Source: Candidatus Hydrogenedentota bacterium (GTDB taxonomy: Bacteria; Hydrogenedentota; Hydrogenedentia; Hydrogenedentales; SLHB01). From it: 64,000 nucleotides of DNA. Under the pieces are notes generated by a model. That model was given only the letters and a program-made list of their open reading frames with translations, ran no database searches and was not told the origin of the DNA. Positions 19,085 through 28,495 of this stretch are shown in pieces. The translations under genes were made by a program, and so were the position numbers. Each line of letters starts with the position of its first letter. Position 1 is the first letter of the stretch. Location: positions 73,973 through 137,972 of the forward strand of contig JAKPDK010000167.1 of the NCBI GenBank assembly GCA_029552745.1, given 5' to 3'.

Positions 19085-21364
19085 CGGGGAAGCCTGAAAG
19101 CGTACATGCTGTTGCGGCAGCCAGCGGTCAAGAAGGTCGCGACAGTTCACCACTTTTTCTACAAGGTCGATGGGCACGTAAAAATAATGATTCGTCGCTT
19201 CAAACCCGATTCGCGAGTCGCAAATTTGAATAGCGTACAAACGTTTCGCCACGTCAATTTCGTCGCGAAGAATGCGCTCAAGTTCTGTGAGGAGCGGCGC
19301 GGCGACTTCTGGAGTTTGCGCTTGATCTAAGGCACGCCGCGCGGCGACAAACCGCGCCTGGTTCGCAGCACTTCGAAAATGGAGCGCCGCGGCTTCCGCA
19401 ATGCGACATTCGCTCTCAATTGCTTCCCGATGGGCAGACCGCCGAACGTCAACGCTACCCATCCGAGTACGCAATTCCGTCAGGGCGTTCTCAAATCCCT
19501 GTGCCACCTTCTCCAGTTGGTTCGCAAACACGTCCGCTGGATATATCACACGCCAGGAATCAAGGTCATCATACGGAAACCCACACATCGTGGCTCGGTA
19601 TCCGGTGGGGCTTTCCCACAGGGGGTTTGCTGGCCCCGTTTGGAGAGGCGCCGTATAGACCACGCCGATATGGAAGGGGAACTCGGAGAACGCCGTGCTG
19701 AATTGCTGCCATGCTTCGACTACCGCCGGCGAAATCTTCTTTCCAAATCTTCGGCTAGCCACCCGATTCATCGCATCGAGTGCGGTTATCGATTCGTCCT
19801 TGCCGATTTCTGCAACCACTTCCAAATTCGGCGAAGGATACCCACCCAACGTCCAGCCCAGCATGAGCCCATCCACCTGACTGTGCCGTAGGTTCTCAGC
19901 ATGTCGGGCAACGTTCCACACCGCCGGGATATAAGGCACAGCGGAAAGCTCCCAGGTGTTTCCGGCCTGGATTTTCGCAAAAGTCTTTAAGCCTCGTGAA
20001 CGCGCTAGGCCCCAATGACGCTGAGCGCGCGGGCCAGGACCTATGGCGGAGATGGAATATTCGCCAACGGTACTCTCGATTCCCCCACGCGAAATCGGCA
20101 AACTCCATTCACTCACCGACATAAAACCAAGGCCTTCCGGCAACGCGCCAATGGCTTCTGCCGCCCAGTCATCCTGCCAGCCCCAGTCCCAAGCGATAAG
20201 CTCCGTCGCGGCACCCGACTTTTCAATTCCCCGCTTGATCAGGGCATTGACTTCGGCAATGACTTCCCAAGCAGGGCGTTTCCCGCATCGGGGACACTCC
20301 ATGCCGCGTTGGTGTGACCAACAGTTCGTCAAGTTCTCTGACGCGGTGATGGTGAACAGTCCCGCAAGGTCTGGCACCGCCGAACAAATAGTCGAAACGG
20401 AATCCGTAATATATTGCTGTATTTCAGGCACACTGGTGCACAGTGCCGCGAAACCGTCTTCCCGTACCCCCATAAACTGTGGATACTTCTCAAAAAACGA
20501 CACCGGTAAAGATCGCGGTTCGTTCAAATACAGGTATACGCCAATCCCATGACGTTTGGCTCGTGCCACTAATTCCCGCAACCGAGCAAGGCGCTTTTCG
20601 TAACCTTCACTTAAGCGCGAGTCCCACGGGAAAGGCGCGAGCTTTGCCAGTAACCCCTGAAGCCATACCCCGTTTACCCCCGAAGCAGCAAGCCGTTCCA
20701 ACAACCCATCAGGATACGGATCAATATTTTCGGCGTAGAGCGGATCGCCATACAAAGCAAAGTAAGAGTAACAATAGCGGCGTGTGAATCGGTTTTTATG
20801 CATCCTCGGAGTTTTCCCAGAAGGAAGCGGCTCAGAAAGTTTCTGAACAAACGCAAAAAGCGGCTCCCCAAGTTCTCCCACACCGTCGGGAAATTCCTCG
20901 CGAACAACTGCAGCCGTGTGGCGTTCCTTGTCTAGCACAGCCTCATCCGGTGCGACGTAAAGCAAAGGCGCGCAGTCGGGTTTGGCACCAAGTTTTACGG
21001 ACAGAAAATCATCCTCCCTCAAGGTAAACGCCAGTTGTTCTTCGCTCCATCCCAGGAGTTGCATGAGTTGGTCATAGGGAAGCAAGTGCCAGTTCCGCCG
21101 GATGACGGTGATATAGGATCGGCGCTGCTGCTCTTCGGTAATTTCCGGGGGACCACTGAGCCCCATGCTTCTGCCCAAACCCACCACATTTTCCGGCGTT
21201 GTCCCCAACACGAGAGCCATTTTCTCCGCTGGAACAAGCTGCCAATTCTTCCAAACAAAGGCATGAACGCGGTCTGGAAAATGCGGCAGACGTACCGGCG
21301 GTGAGGCAACGGGTTCCGGCAAGGCGTGCGCCCCGAAAAGCATTTCGAAAACAAGAATCAACAT
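19076..21364 (-). CDS. Hypothetical protein, probable TIM-barrel carbohydrate-active fold
   Basis: Long ORF; start at ATG 21364 after GGAGG; GVNGVWL, GIGVYLYLNEP and Cys cluster CWSH...CPRC; no confident family. Confidence 0.65.
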   Translation of the reverse strand: MLILVFEMLFGAHALPEPVASPPVRLPHFPDRVHAFVWKNWQLVPAEKMALVLGTTPENVVGLGRSMGLSGPPEITEEQQRRSYITVIRRNWHLLPYDQLMQLLGWSEEQLAFTLREDDFLSVKLGAKPDCAPLLYVAPDEAVLDKERHTAAVVREEFPDGVGELGEPLFAFVQKLSEPLPSGKTPRMHKNRFTRRYCYSYFALYGDPLYAENIDPYPDGLLERLAASGVNGVWLQGLLAKLAPFPWDSRLSEGYEKRLARLRELVARAKRHGIGVYLYLNEPRSLPVSFFEKYPQFMGVREDGFAALCTSVPEIQQYITDSVSTICSAVPDLAGLFTITASENLTNCWSHQRGMECPRCGKRPAWEVIAEVNALIKRGIEKSGAATELIAWDWGWQDDWAAEAIGALPEGLGFMSVSEWSLPISRGGIESTVGEYSISAIGPGPRAQRHWGLARSRGLKTFAKIQAGNTWELSAVPYIPAVWNVARHAENLRHSQVDGLMLGWTLGGYPSPNLEVVAEIGKDESITALDAMNRVASRRFGKKISPAVVEAWQQFSTAFSEFPFHIGVVYTAPLQTGPANPLWESPTGYRATMCGFPYDDLDSWRVIYPADVFANQLEKVAQGFENALTELRTRMGSVDVRRSAHREAIESECRIAEAAALHFRSAANQARFVAARRALDQAQTPEVAAPLLTELERILRDEIDVAKRLYAIQICDSRIGFEATNHYFYVPIDLVEKVVNCRDLLDRWLPQQHVRFQASPSG

Positions 21365-21550
21365 CTCTAAACCTCCCAAATGACATATTAGAGTAGCAAC
21401 AATTAAAACACAGAACACACAAAATAACAAGAATAGGTTGAAGTCTGCCGCGGCTCGAGGAGAAATACGCAAAAACCCTGGAAAAACCGCGTAAAAACAG
21501 GTTTCCAGAAGAGTGGGAAAAGAATCGAAAAAAGAAATTGAAAAGAAAAG

Positions 21551-21579
21551 TTGACAAATAACTTGAAATGCGCTATATA
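21551..21579 (+). promoter_or_regulatory. Sigma-70-type promoter with A-rich upstream element
   Basis: TTGACA (21551-21556), 17 nt, TATATA (21574-21579); A-tracts upstream. Confidence 0.65.
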
Positions 21580-21659
21580 TTGTAGAAGAAGATTGGCAAT
21601 GCTACAAAATGTAGCAAAGCCGAGGGAGAAACAGGGAAAAGGAAAAAAGGAGAAAGACC

Positions 21660-21758
21660 ATGATCGCAAAGAAAAAGGCCGCTGCAAAAAAAGCCCCGGC
21701 TAAAAAGAAAGCCGCCGCTAAGAAACCCGCAGCAAAGAAGAAGGCCGCAAAGAAATAA
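21660..21758 (+). CDS. 32-aa Lys/Ala-rich histone H1-like peptide MIAKKKAAAKKAPAKKKAAAKKPAAKKKAAKK (not in ORF track)
   Basis: AAGGAG RBS, ATG 21660, TAA 21756-21758; repeats conserved at protein level with varied synonymous codons. Confidence 0.8.
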   Translation: MIAKKKAAAKKAPAKKKAAAKKPAAKKKAAKK

Positions 21759-22004
21759 GGTCGGCTTATGTTTTTGACTCGATCGGGACCGCCCGCCGAA
21801 GCCGATCGGAAATCCCGAGCGTTTCGGGGGTTCATCATGGAACAATCGCCTAGGTTAGCGATGGGGAGTGTGAGGTTCATTGGGGGGACAAACAATTCGC
21901 AAAATCACCCCCAAACCAGGCCATGACGAGCGGCCGAATCGCTTGGAAACCATGGTCTAGACCTTACCCGCAGGGGTCCTGAGAAGTATCAAAAACGGCT
22001 GGAA

Positions 22005-22050
22005 GAGGGCAGGGACAAACTGGCAGACGTCTCTGCCCTCCCTTATTTTT
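22005..22050 (+). terminator. Hairpin terminator between convergent units
   Basis: GAGGGCAGGGAC...GTCTCTGCCCTC stem followed by CCTTATTTTT. Confidence 0.55.
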
Positions 22051-22450
22051 AAGACTTTGCAGGGGAACGTTCCGGAACGTCCGGTGTGCGCTGCGCCATC
22101 AAGGTCGTCGTGTCCGGAGTTTTAATGCGGTACACTTTGACCCGAAGTGTCCCCGACGTAGCATGCAGCCGTCGCATGGCCGCCTCCGTCAGGTCTATCA
22201 CACGCCCCTTTACATGGGGTCCGCGGTCATTAACCCGACACACCACGGAGTTCCCATTCTCGGCGACCACCAAGCAATAACTGCCCAGCGGCAAGCCTTT
22301 CATGGCACACGTGAAAGCATCGTTCCGAAGAGGTTCGCCCGACGCCGTGATTTTCCCACTGCTTTCCACCGTGTAATACGAGGCTATCCCCTCTGCCGCT
22401 AGCTCGAGGGGTTGATGCCATGCCAGCATCAATACGAGCAACTGGAACAT
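22049..22450 (-). CDS. rlpA: Septal ring lytic transglycosylase RlpA family (DPBB domain)
   Basis: GIASYY, TASGE, VNDRGP, GRVIDL motifs. Confidence 0.85.
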   Translation of the reverse strand: MFQLLVLMLAWHQPLELAAEGIASYYTVESSGKITASGEPLRNDAFTCAMKGLPLGSYCLVVAENGNSVVCRVNDRGPHVKGRVIDLTEAAMRRLHATSGTLRVKVYRIKTPDTTTLMAQRTPDVPERSPAKS

Positions 22451-22744
22451 AGAGGACCCTTTCTTTTTTTACCCAAAGTTACACCATGCGTCGTCCGCAG
22501 CTCGACGCGTAAGCGGCCATTCTATGAAAAAATTGAATCCTATGTCAAGCATTAGTTCGTACCAAATTAACGGTCAGGTACGGACGGTGCCTTCCCCAGC
22601 CCTGCCCGACACCCGTGTATTGGCCACCTCCGTGCATCCAGATGATCCACAGGGCTACATACCAATCCGCAGCATCTGCACAACACAAACCCCTTCAAAA
22701 CCATTCCCACGCCCGTTGCACTTTCCATAATGTCGAGAAATCGC

Positions 22745-23157
22745 GTAGGGGCGAGGCATGCCTCGCCCTGCGTCGATGTTGGGGAAGGGTCTCTCCCGCC
22801 TATTAGGTTTTTAGGTGGTGTCATTGCGAGGAGTGCCGCTAGGCACGACGTGGCAATCCCCTCGGGAATTCGGGCATGACCTTGCCCGACGTCCTCTTGC
22901 CCTACGTCTTTAGGTTGTCATTGCGAGGAGTGCCGCAGGCACGACGTGGCAATCCCCTCGGGAAATGGATATGACCCGCGACCCTGCTCGTTGTCCTCTT
23001 GCGCTACGTCCCCATGTTGTCATTGCGAGGAGTGCCGTTAGGCACGACGTGGCAATCCCCTCGGGAATGTGGGGATGACCTTACCCGACGTCCTCTTGCG
23101 CTGCGCGGTCGAGGGGATTGCTTCGTCGCTTCGAAGACTGCGCTCCTCGCAATGACA
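22745..23157. repeat. GTAG REP plus three ~100-bp tandem units beginning TGTCATTGCGAGGAGTGCCG, closed by an inverted arm
   Basis: Units start at 22819, 22916 and 23018; closing arm ends at 23157; REP at 22745-22768. Confidence 0.9.
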
Positions 23158-23338
23158 ACAAGGGGCATATGATAAAAAGACTGCCCTTTCCATTTCATGC
23201 TTCGAATTAAAAGGACAGAATACGAAAATTTTTCCCTCTTGTCTCCCTCTTTTTTACCCGTTCTGTTCGTTTTTACCTTTCCTTTTAACTTGCCAAAATA
23301 CGATATACGAATAATTCATGTTTTCCTATAATAGATAC

Positions 23339-23445
23339 TGTAAAGAAAATTTACAATTGTAAAATTTCTTTACACTCGGCTTAACCTACTGCCGCCTATT
23401 ATCTTACGACATAAAACTCTAAATACTATGTAAATTTTCTTTACA
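23339..23445. promoter_or_regulatory. Three TGTAAA-N5-TTTACA palindromic boxes, putative enhancer (bEBP) sites
   Basis: Boxes at 23339-23355, 23358-23374 and 23429-23445 in AT-rich DNA upstream of a -24/-12 promoter. Confidence 0.7.
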
Positions 23446-23519
23446 CTTTTTGATCTATTGACAATATCATTATTTTCGCTAACTCATTCTTTGACAATAT
23501 GTTAGCAAAAACCCCGTTT

Positions 23520-23534
23520 TGGCACGATACTTGC
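23520..23534 (+). promoter_or_regulatory. Sigma-54 (-24/-12) promoter
   Basis: TGGCACGATACTTGC matches TGGCACG-N4-TTGC with GG-N10-GC spacing. Confidence 0.85.
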
Positions 23535-23610
23535 CCTTATATAGGTGGCTCCTAAATCAACGACGAACACGCTTCCTTGGGTAAGGAGAACTAGAAAGGA
23601 GGAACCCAGT

Positions 23611-24159
23611 ATGAACCAACCTAACACCTTGTCAGAAAAGACCTTACAAACCGATGTCCCCACCGGACCCCCTACCGGTGCCCTCGCCGAAGCCGGTAAA
23701 TACTTGACATTCCGACTCGGCGAAGAGACCTTCGGATTGCCCATCCTTAAGGTCCAGGAGATCATCGGCATGATGCCCGTCACCGCGGTACCCCGCGTGC
23801 CCTCGTACGTACGCGGCGTCATCAACCTCCGCGGCAAGGTCATCCCCGTCATTGACCTGCGGCTCAAGTTCGGGCTAGAAGGCAAAGAGGACACCACCCG
23901 CACCTGCATCATCGTCCTCCAGGTCGCCGCCGGCCGCGGCAACGTCGTCATGGGCACCATCGTTGACGAGGTATCCGAGGTGGTCAATGTCGCCCAAAAC
24001 CAGATCGAGCCCGCCCCATCGTTTGGGGCGTCCCTCGACACCGAGTTCATCCTCGGCATGGGGAAGATCGGCGACAAGGTCGTCATGCTCCTCGATGTCG
24101 ACCGCGTCCTCTCCGCCGGCGAAATCGCTACTTTAAACCGTCTGGAAACCAGTGTATAA
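23611..24159 (+). CDS. cheW: Chemotaxis coupling protein CheW
   Basis: KYLTFRLGEETFG, VQEII, GVINLRGKVIPVIDLR, IVDEVSEV; AAGGAGG RBS. Confidence 0.95.
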   Translation: MNQPNTLSEKTLQTDVPTGPPTGALAEAGKYLTFRLGEETFGLPILKVQEIIGMMPVTAVPRVPSYVRGVINLRGKVIPVIDLRLKFGLEGKEDTTRTCIIVLQVAAGRGNVVMGTIVDEVSEVVNVAQNQIEPAPSFGASLDTEFILGMGKIGDKVVMLLDVDRVLSAGEIATLNRLETSV

Positions 24160-24205
24160 AAGGCGTGGAAACCATTTCACCAATCGAAAAGGAGGATTCC
24201 AAACA

Positions 24206-26232
24206 ATGTTTACCAACATGGGATTGCGGGCGAAGTTAATGGGTGGGTTTATTATTGTGGCGGTGTTCACCTGCGCCGTGGGCATCATCGGCTACTGGGG
24301 GGTCTCCCGACTCGCCGGAGACATCCGCGAGATCGGAGAAGTCCAATTGCCCAGTGTCCACAGTCTGAAAGAGATTAAGACGCAAGTTATCTCAATCTCT
24401 AAAGAGCTGGCGGCGTTGACGAACCCGCGGGCAACGGTGCAAGACCGGAAACAGTCACTTGATAACATCGGTAAGGCGAGAGAAAAGTACCAGGCGGCAT
24501 GGAAGGTATATGAACCGCTTCCTCGAGAAACTGAAGAAGATCAAGTTTGGCAACAATTTAAGCCTGCTGTGGATGCTTGGGAAGAAACAAACAATCAATT
24601 CATGAATCTTGCGAATGAGCTGAACGCGCTGGGCATTGAGAATCCGGTTGCCATTGAACGGGACATACAGAAGTTTCGCGGAGACCACCATGTGTTGATG
24701 GGCAAGGTTCAAGACCTGCTCCTTGCCGGAACGACATTTGAGGGTGGGGAAGACCCGACTCAGTGCAATTTCGGCAAATGGTTGGCGCAATTCAGAACAG
24801 ACAACCCCGAAATCCAACGGGCGCTCAGTGAGATCCGGGAGTTCCATCAGTACTTTCACCACACAGTCCCGGTTATTCGAGAAGCGGTCGCACGCAATGA
24901 CAAAGACGCCGCGAGGAAACAATTCGAGGAGGTGATGCGTACTGCGGCGACGCACACCTTCGAACAATTTGAGCCAAGATCAATGCCGAGCTCGAAAAGG
25001 CTGTCGGTACTTATGACAAGATGTACGATCAATTCAAGAATGCTGTCGAACCCAAACAACAAGCGGCGTTGGAATTGCTAGACAAACTACTCGCTATCGA
25101 CGTCAAAGGGTCGGAGGAGGCGCGGAACCAGGCTCAAAGCGAGGCACGTCTTGCCAAAGTGTTATCGGTTGGGGGACTGGTTATAGGCACATTGCTTGCC
25201 CTTCTCTTCGGCATCTTGTTGAGCTCTTCCATCAGCAAAGCGCTCAACAAAGTCATTGCGGGGTTGAGCCAAGGGGCGGAGCAGGTGAATGCGGCGGCAT
25301 CCCAAGTGGCGCAATCCAGCCAGGCGATGGCTGCCGGCGCCAGCGAACAAGCCTCGTCGTTGGAAGAGACCTCTGCCTCGTTGGAGGAAATGGCTTCCAT
25401 GACCCGCCAGAACGCCGATAACACCAACCAGATCAACTCGTTAATGCAGGAAGCGAAACAATTCGTCGTCGAGGGCATGCAACGGATGGAAGAGATGAAT
25501 GCTGCCATCGCCGAGATACGACGGTCTGCGGATGACACGGCGCGAATTGTGAAGACCATCGACGAGGTGGCGTTCCAGACCAACCTGCTTGCCTTGAACG
25601 CGGCAGTCGAAGCCGCCCGTGCTGGGGATGCCGGAAAAGGCTTTGCCGTGGTTGCCGAGGAGGTGCGCAACCTCGCACAACGCAGCGCCGAAGCCGCCAA
25701 AAACACCGCTCAACTTATCGAAAACGCCCAAAAGAATGCCGAGAACGGCGTGCAAGTCACTGCGGACCTAGCCGCGGCGCTCAAACGCATCGAGGAAAGC
25801 TCTTCGAAAGTTGCCTCGTTGGTCGGAGAGGTGAACGCGGCAACCAACGAGCAGGCGCAAGGCATCGACCAGATCAACACCGCCGTTGCCCAGATGGACA
25901 AGGTCACTCAAGCTGCTGCGGCAAATTCCGAAGAAGCCGCGTCGGCAAGCGAGGAGTTGTCCGCCCAGGCGCGCGAATTGAACGATATGGTCGCCGTGCT
26001 CTCGCAAATCGTCGGCGGCAAAGCGGCGGCAAGCGGCACCAATGCAGGGACGCGTTCCCGCACCCCTGTCCGGACCGCCTCGCACGGTACGGGACATGGC
26101 GCGGCGGCGTTACCCCATGCGGCAACCGCCGGTACCAAGGCGCTTGCCACTAAGTCCGCGGCTGCCCCGCGCAAGGTAGTTGACCCCGAGCAGGTTATCC
26201 CTTTGGAAGACGATGACCTGAAACAGTTTTAG
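24206..26232 (+). pseudogene. Methyl-accepting chemotaxis protein (TM1-4HB/CZB-TM2-signalling domain) split by a frameshift near 24971
   Basis: ORF1 has TM1 and sensor; ORF2 has TM2 and [37 protein letters not shown]; the frames join as ..[13 protein letters not shown]..; may be an assembly error. Confidence 0.8.
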
Positions 26233-26276
26233 GCTCGCCCACGCCCAAGGAGGCACTGTTCCTCCTTTCGACCCGC

Positions 26277-26321
26277 GGCTGGGGACGGTCCTCCCCCGAT
26301 CCCCCAATACCGTCCCCAGCC
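26277..26321 (+). terminator. 13-bp stem-loop after the MCP gene
   Basis: GGCTGGGGACGGT...ACCGTCCCCAGCC perfect inverted repeat; no U-tract. Confidence 0.4.
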
Positions 26322-26343
26322 CAATCCCATCTAGGTGCCCGCC

Positions 26344-26675
26344 GTCATTGCGAGGAGTGCTAAAGGGGGCGACGCCCTCGTGCGTTGTGCCTTCACGTTG
26401 TCATTGCGAGGAGTGCCGCAGGCACGACGTGGCAAACCCCTCGGGTAATTGGGGAGAGCAGTGCCTTTGCCGTAGGCCATCTTGCGCTACGCGGTTGAGG
26501 GGATTGCTTCGTCGCGTCGGGGACGCCGCTCCTCGCAATGACAACCCGGGGGATACGGGGGTAGAGGAGAAGAAGGGCGAGCACGGGGGCTCGCCCCTAC
26601 AGACGGGCGGGGAATTTGCGGAAGAAGTAGTTTTGGGCAAGCACGGGGCAGGGCGAGCACGAGGCTCGCCCCTAC
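26344..26675. repeat. Palindrome cluster: partial arm, full element (26399-26543) and two GTAG REPs
   Basis: TGTCATTGCGAGGAG...CTCCTCGCAATGACA; GGGCGAGCACG(G/A)GGCTCGCCCCTAC-type units at 26575 and 26651. Confidence 0.88.
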
Positions 26676-26754
26676 CGGAGAGACGGGGGACACCTGCGCC
26701 ACTCTTCCAATTGACAAAAGGGGGCACTGCGCCAAAATCGGGGCAGCGAGCCCG

Positions 26755-27606
26755 CTATTTTCCTCGGGCTGCGAGGGCGGCTTCGAGAAGGTCGACGTCT
26801 TCTTGAATCATATGGGGGTTGTCTTTGGTGAAGATACCAACACACACGGCATCGCCCGGACGGTACGCCTCGGCAACGTATTCAAAGGCTTCGTGAGGTC
26901 TATTTCTTCCAGCGGCAAGGACTTTGTAATGGATCGCCGGTGCGGGAAGCTGCTGGATAAGGGCGCACATAGCGTCGCGATCTTCGGGACCATAGCACTC
27001 GGGAATGTTATAGTCCCGGTCGGGACGTTTGGTCCGGTCACTGGGGTTGTAGTAGCTTGCCATGAAAAAATCGAGTTCCAGATTGTCCGCAGCCCATTTC
27101 AAGGTATCGGGGCGGTGCCCCGCCACGCCAGCTGCCATACCGGCGTCTTTGATCGCGCGGATAGCGCCGAAGATTTCGCGAGTTTCCCGCCGAGCTACGC
27201 GGTGGTCCATTTCTCCGCCATGGATGAAGCAGGCACGGGCCTTACCCCGGATGGCGTTGTTGACGCCGTGCATCAGGGTGCCGACGCCAGGACATTGTTG
27301 TGCAATCCAAAGGAGGTTACCGCCTTCGTTCCAATGCTCTCGCAGGGCACGAATGATAAAATTGTCAGCGCGGCCTACGTGTGCCGTGACGCCCGCCTGT
27401 TCCGCTAGCCGATAACACTCTTTGACCCGTTCCATCGTGTACCAATCCAACATTTCGGCGTCCCGCTGTATGGTGTGATGCGAATAGCCGCCAAACGGAT
27501 TGGCGCCCAATATGAACCGGCTGACAACGACTTGCCCCAACCGCACCAGTTTCGGCCGATAGTGGTGTGCCGACGGCGCTTTGACGGTGCCGGCTTGTTG
27601 CGTCAT
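26755..27606 (-). CDS. Hypothetical protein, aldo/keto-reductase-like TIM barrel
   Basis: VSRFILGANPFGGYSH, GVAGH, YKVLAAGR; start overlaps upstream stop (TAATG). Confidence 0.65.
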   Translation of the reverse strand: MTQQAGTVKAPSAHHYRPKLVRLGQVVVSRFILGANPFGGYSHHTIQRDAEMLDWYTMERVKECYRLAEQAGVTAHVGRADNFIIRALREHWNEGGNLLWIAQQCPGVGTLMHGVNNAIRGKARACFIHGGEMDHRVARRETREIFGAIRAIKDAGMAAGVAGHRPDTLKWAADNLELDFFMASYYNPSDRTKRPDRDYNIPECYGPEDRDAMCALIQQLPAPAIHYKVLAAGRNRPHEAFEYVAEAYRPGDAVCVGIFTKDNPHMIQEDVDLLEAALAARGK

Positions 27607-28391
27607 TATTTTTCCACTCCGGGGAACTGTTTCAGGAATCGGATAGCCTCGGCAATGTCCGCCACCGGGTCTGCCCCGCACTCCCGTTCGATGGTCAGAT
27701 AGCCGTCGTATCCAATCTCACGAAGGGTTTCCAGATATTTGGGGAAATTCACATCGCCTTTACCCAAGGGGACTTCTTTATAACCGCCTTGTCGAGCGGA
27801 ACAGTAAATTCCGTCTTTGGCATGTGTATGCACGATGTAGGGCGCCAGATCACGCACGGCAGCAAGATGGTCATAGCCGTTCATGCACAGATTGGCAGGA
27901 TCGAAATTGACTCGTGCCCCGTCGCTGCCCACTTCGCGTAAGAACTTGGCAAGTCCCTCGCCAGATTCCAACCCCGTCTCGGTTGCAAAGCAACAATCTC
28001 GGTTTGCGGCATACTCTGCGAGTTCTTTTATCCCGTCGAGCATCGCCTCATAGGCGGCCTTTTCTTCCGGCAGCACCCCGATGTGGGTTGTCAGCACGGG
28101 GGTTTTGAGATCGACACACAAATCGAACATCTCTTTCGTACGAGCGACCCGTTCGTCCAGCTTGGCTGGATCGGCAAACCCGCCAATGTCGCCGCACAAA
28201 GCAGACCGTTCGAGCCCTAGGGACGCCATGTACGTGATCAATTCTTCTCTACCGCTTTTTGTAAGATTGCGTGGATCCAAATCATTGTTAACGATCCACA
28301 ACTGGACGCCGTGCGCGCCCAATTCTTTGGCTTTGCGCAATGCCGCACGCGTGTCCATCGGCAACGATGCTGTAATAATACCTACCTTCAT
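27606..28391 (-). CDS. Sugar phosphate isomerase/epimerase (xylose-isomerase-like TIM barrel)
   Basis: ATETG, VNFDPANL, HTHAKD, GKGDVNF, GYLTIERE. Confidence 0.85.
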   Translation of the reverse strand: MKVGIITASLPMDTRAALRKAKELGAHGVQLWIVNNDLDPRNLTKSGREELITYMASLGLERSALCGDIGGFADPAKLDERVARTKEMFDLCVDLKTPVLTTHIGVLPEEKAAYEAMLDGIKELAEYAANRDCCFATETGLESGEGLAKFLREVGSDGARVNFDPANLCMNGYDHLAAVRDLAPYIVHTHAKDGIYCSARQGGYKEVPLGKGDVNFPKYLETLREIGYDGYLTIERECGADPVADIAEAIRFLKQFPGVEK

Positions 28392-28495
28392 TTCCTCACC
28401 CTTTCTAATCGCTTGGAGGCGGACGCCTCGAACACCCACCTATCGTAAAGCCGGATCATGCCACCAGGCCAGATCCGTATGCAAAAACCTGTCGG

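Noticed and set aside
22819..23157. CRISPR array
   Set aside because: Inter-repeat segments are homologous to each other, the period is ~100 nt, the same unit is dispersed across the window, and no cas genes are present.
23160..23510. Replication origin in the AT-rich stretch
   Set aside because: No DnaA box cluster or dnaA/dnaN/gidA context; explained by the sigma-54 enhancer region.
23502..24086. 194-aa ORF antisense to cheW, and other long antisense ORFs (8229-9125, 28718-29662, 39238-40146)
   Set aside because: Shadow frames of well-supported genes on the opposite strand.
24962..25000. Programmed -1 ribosomal frameshift in the MCP
   Set aside because: No X-XXY-YYZ slippery site or obvious stimulatory structure at the junction.
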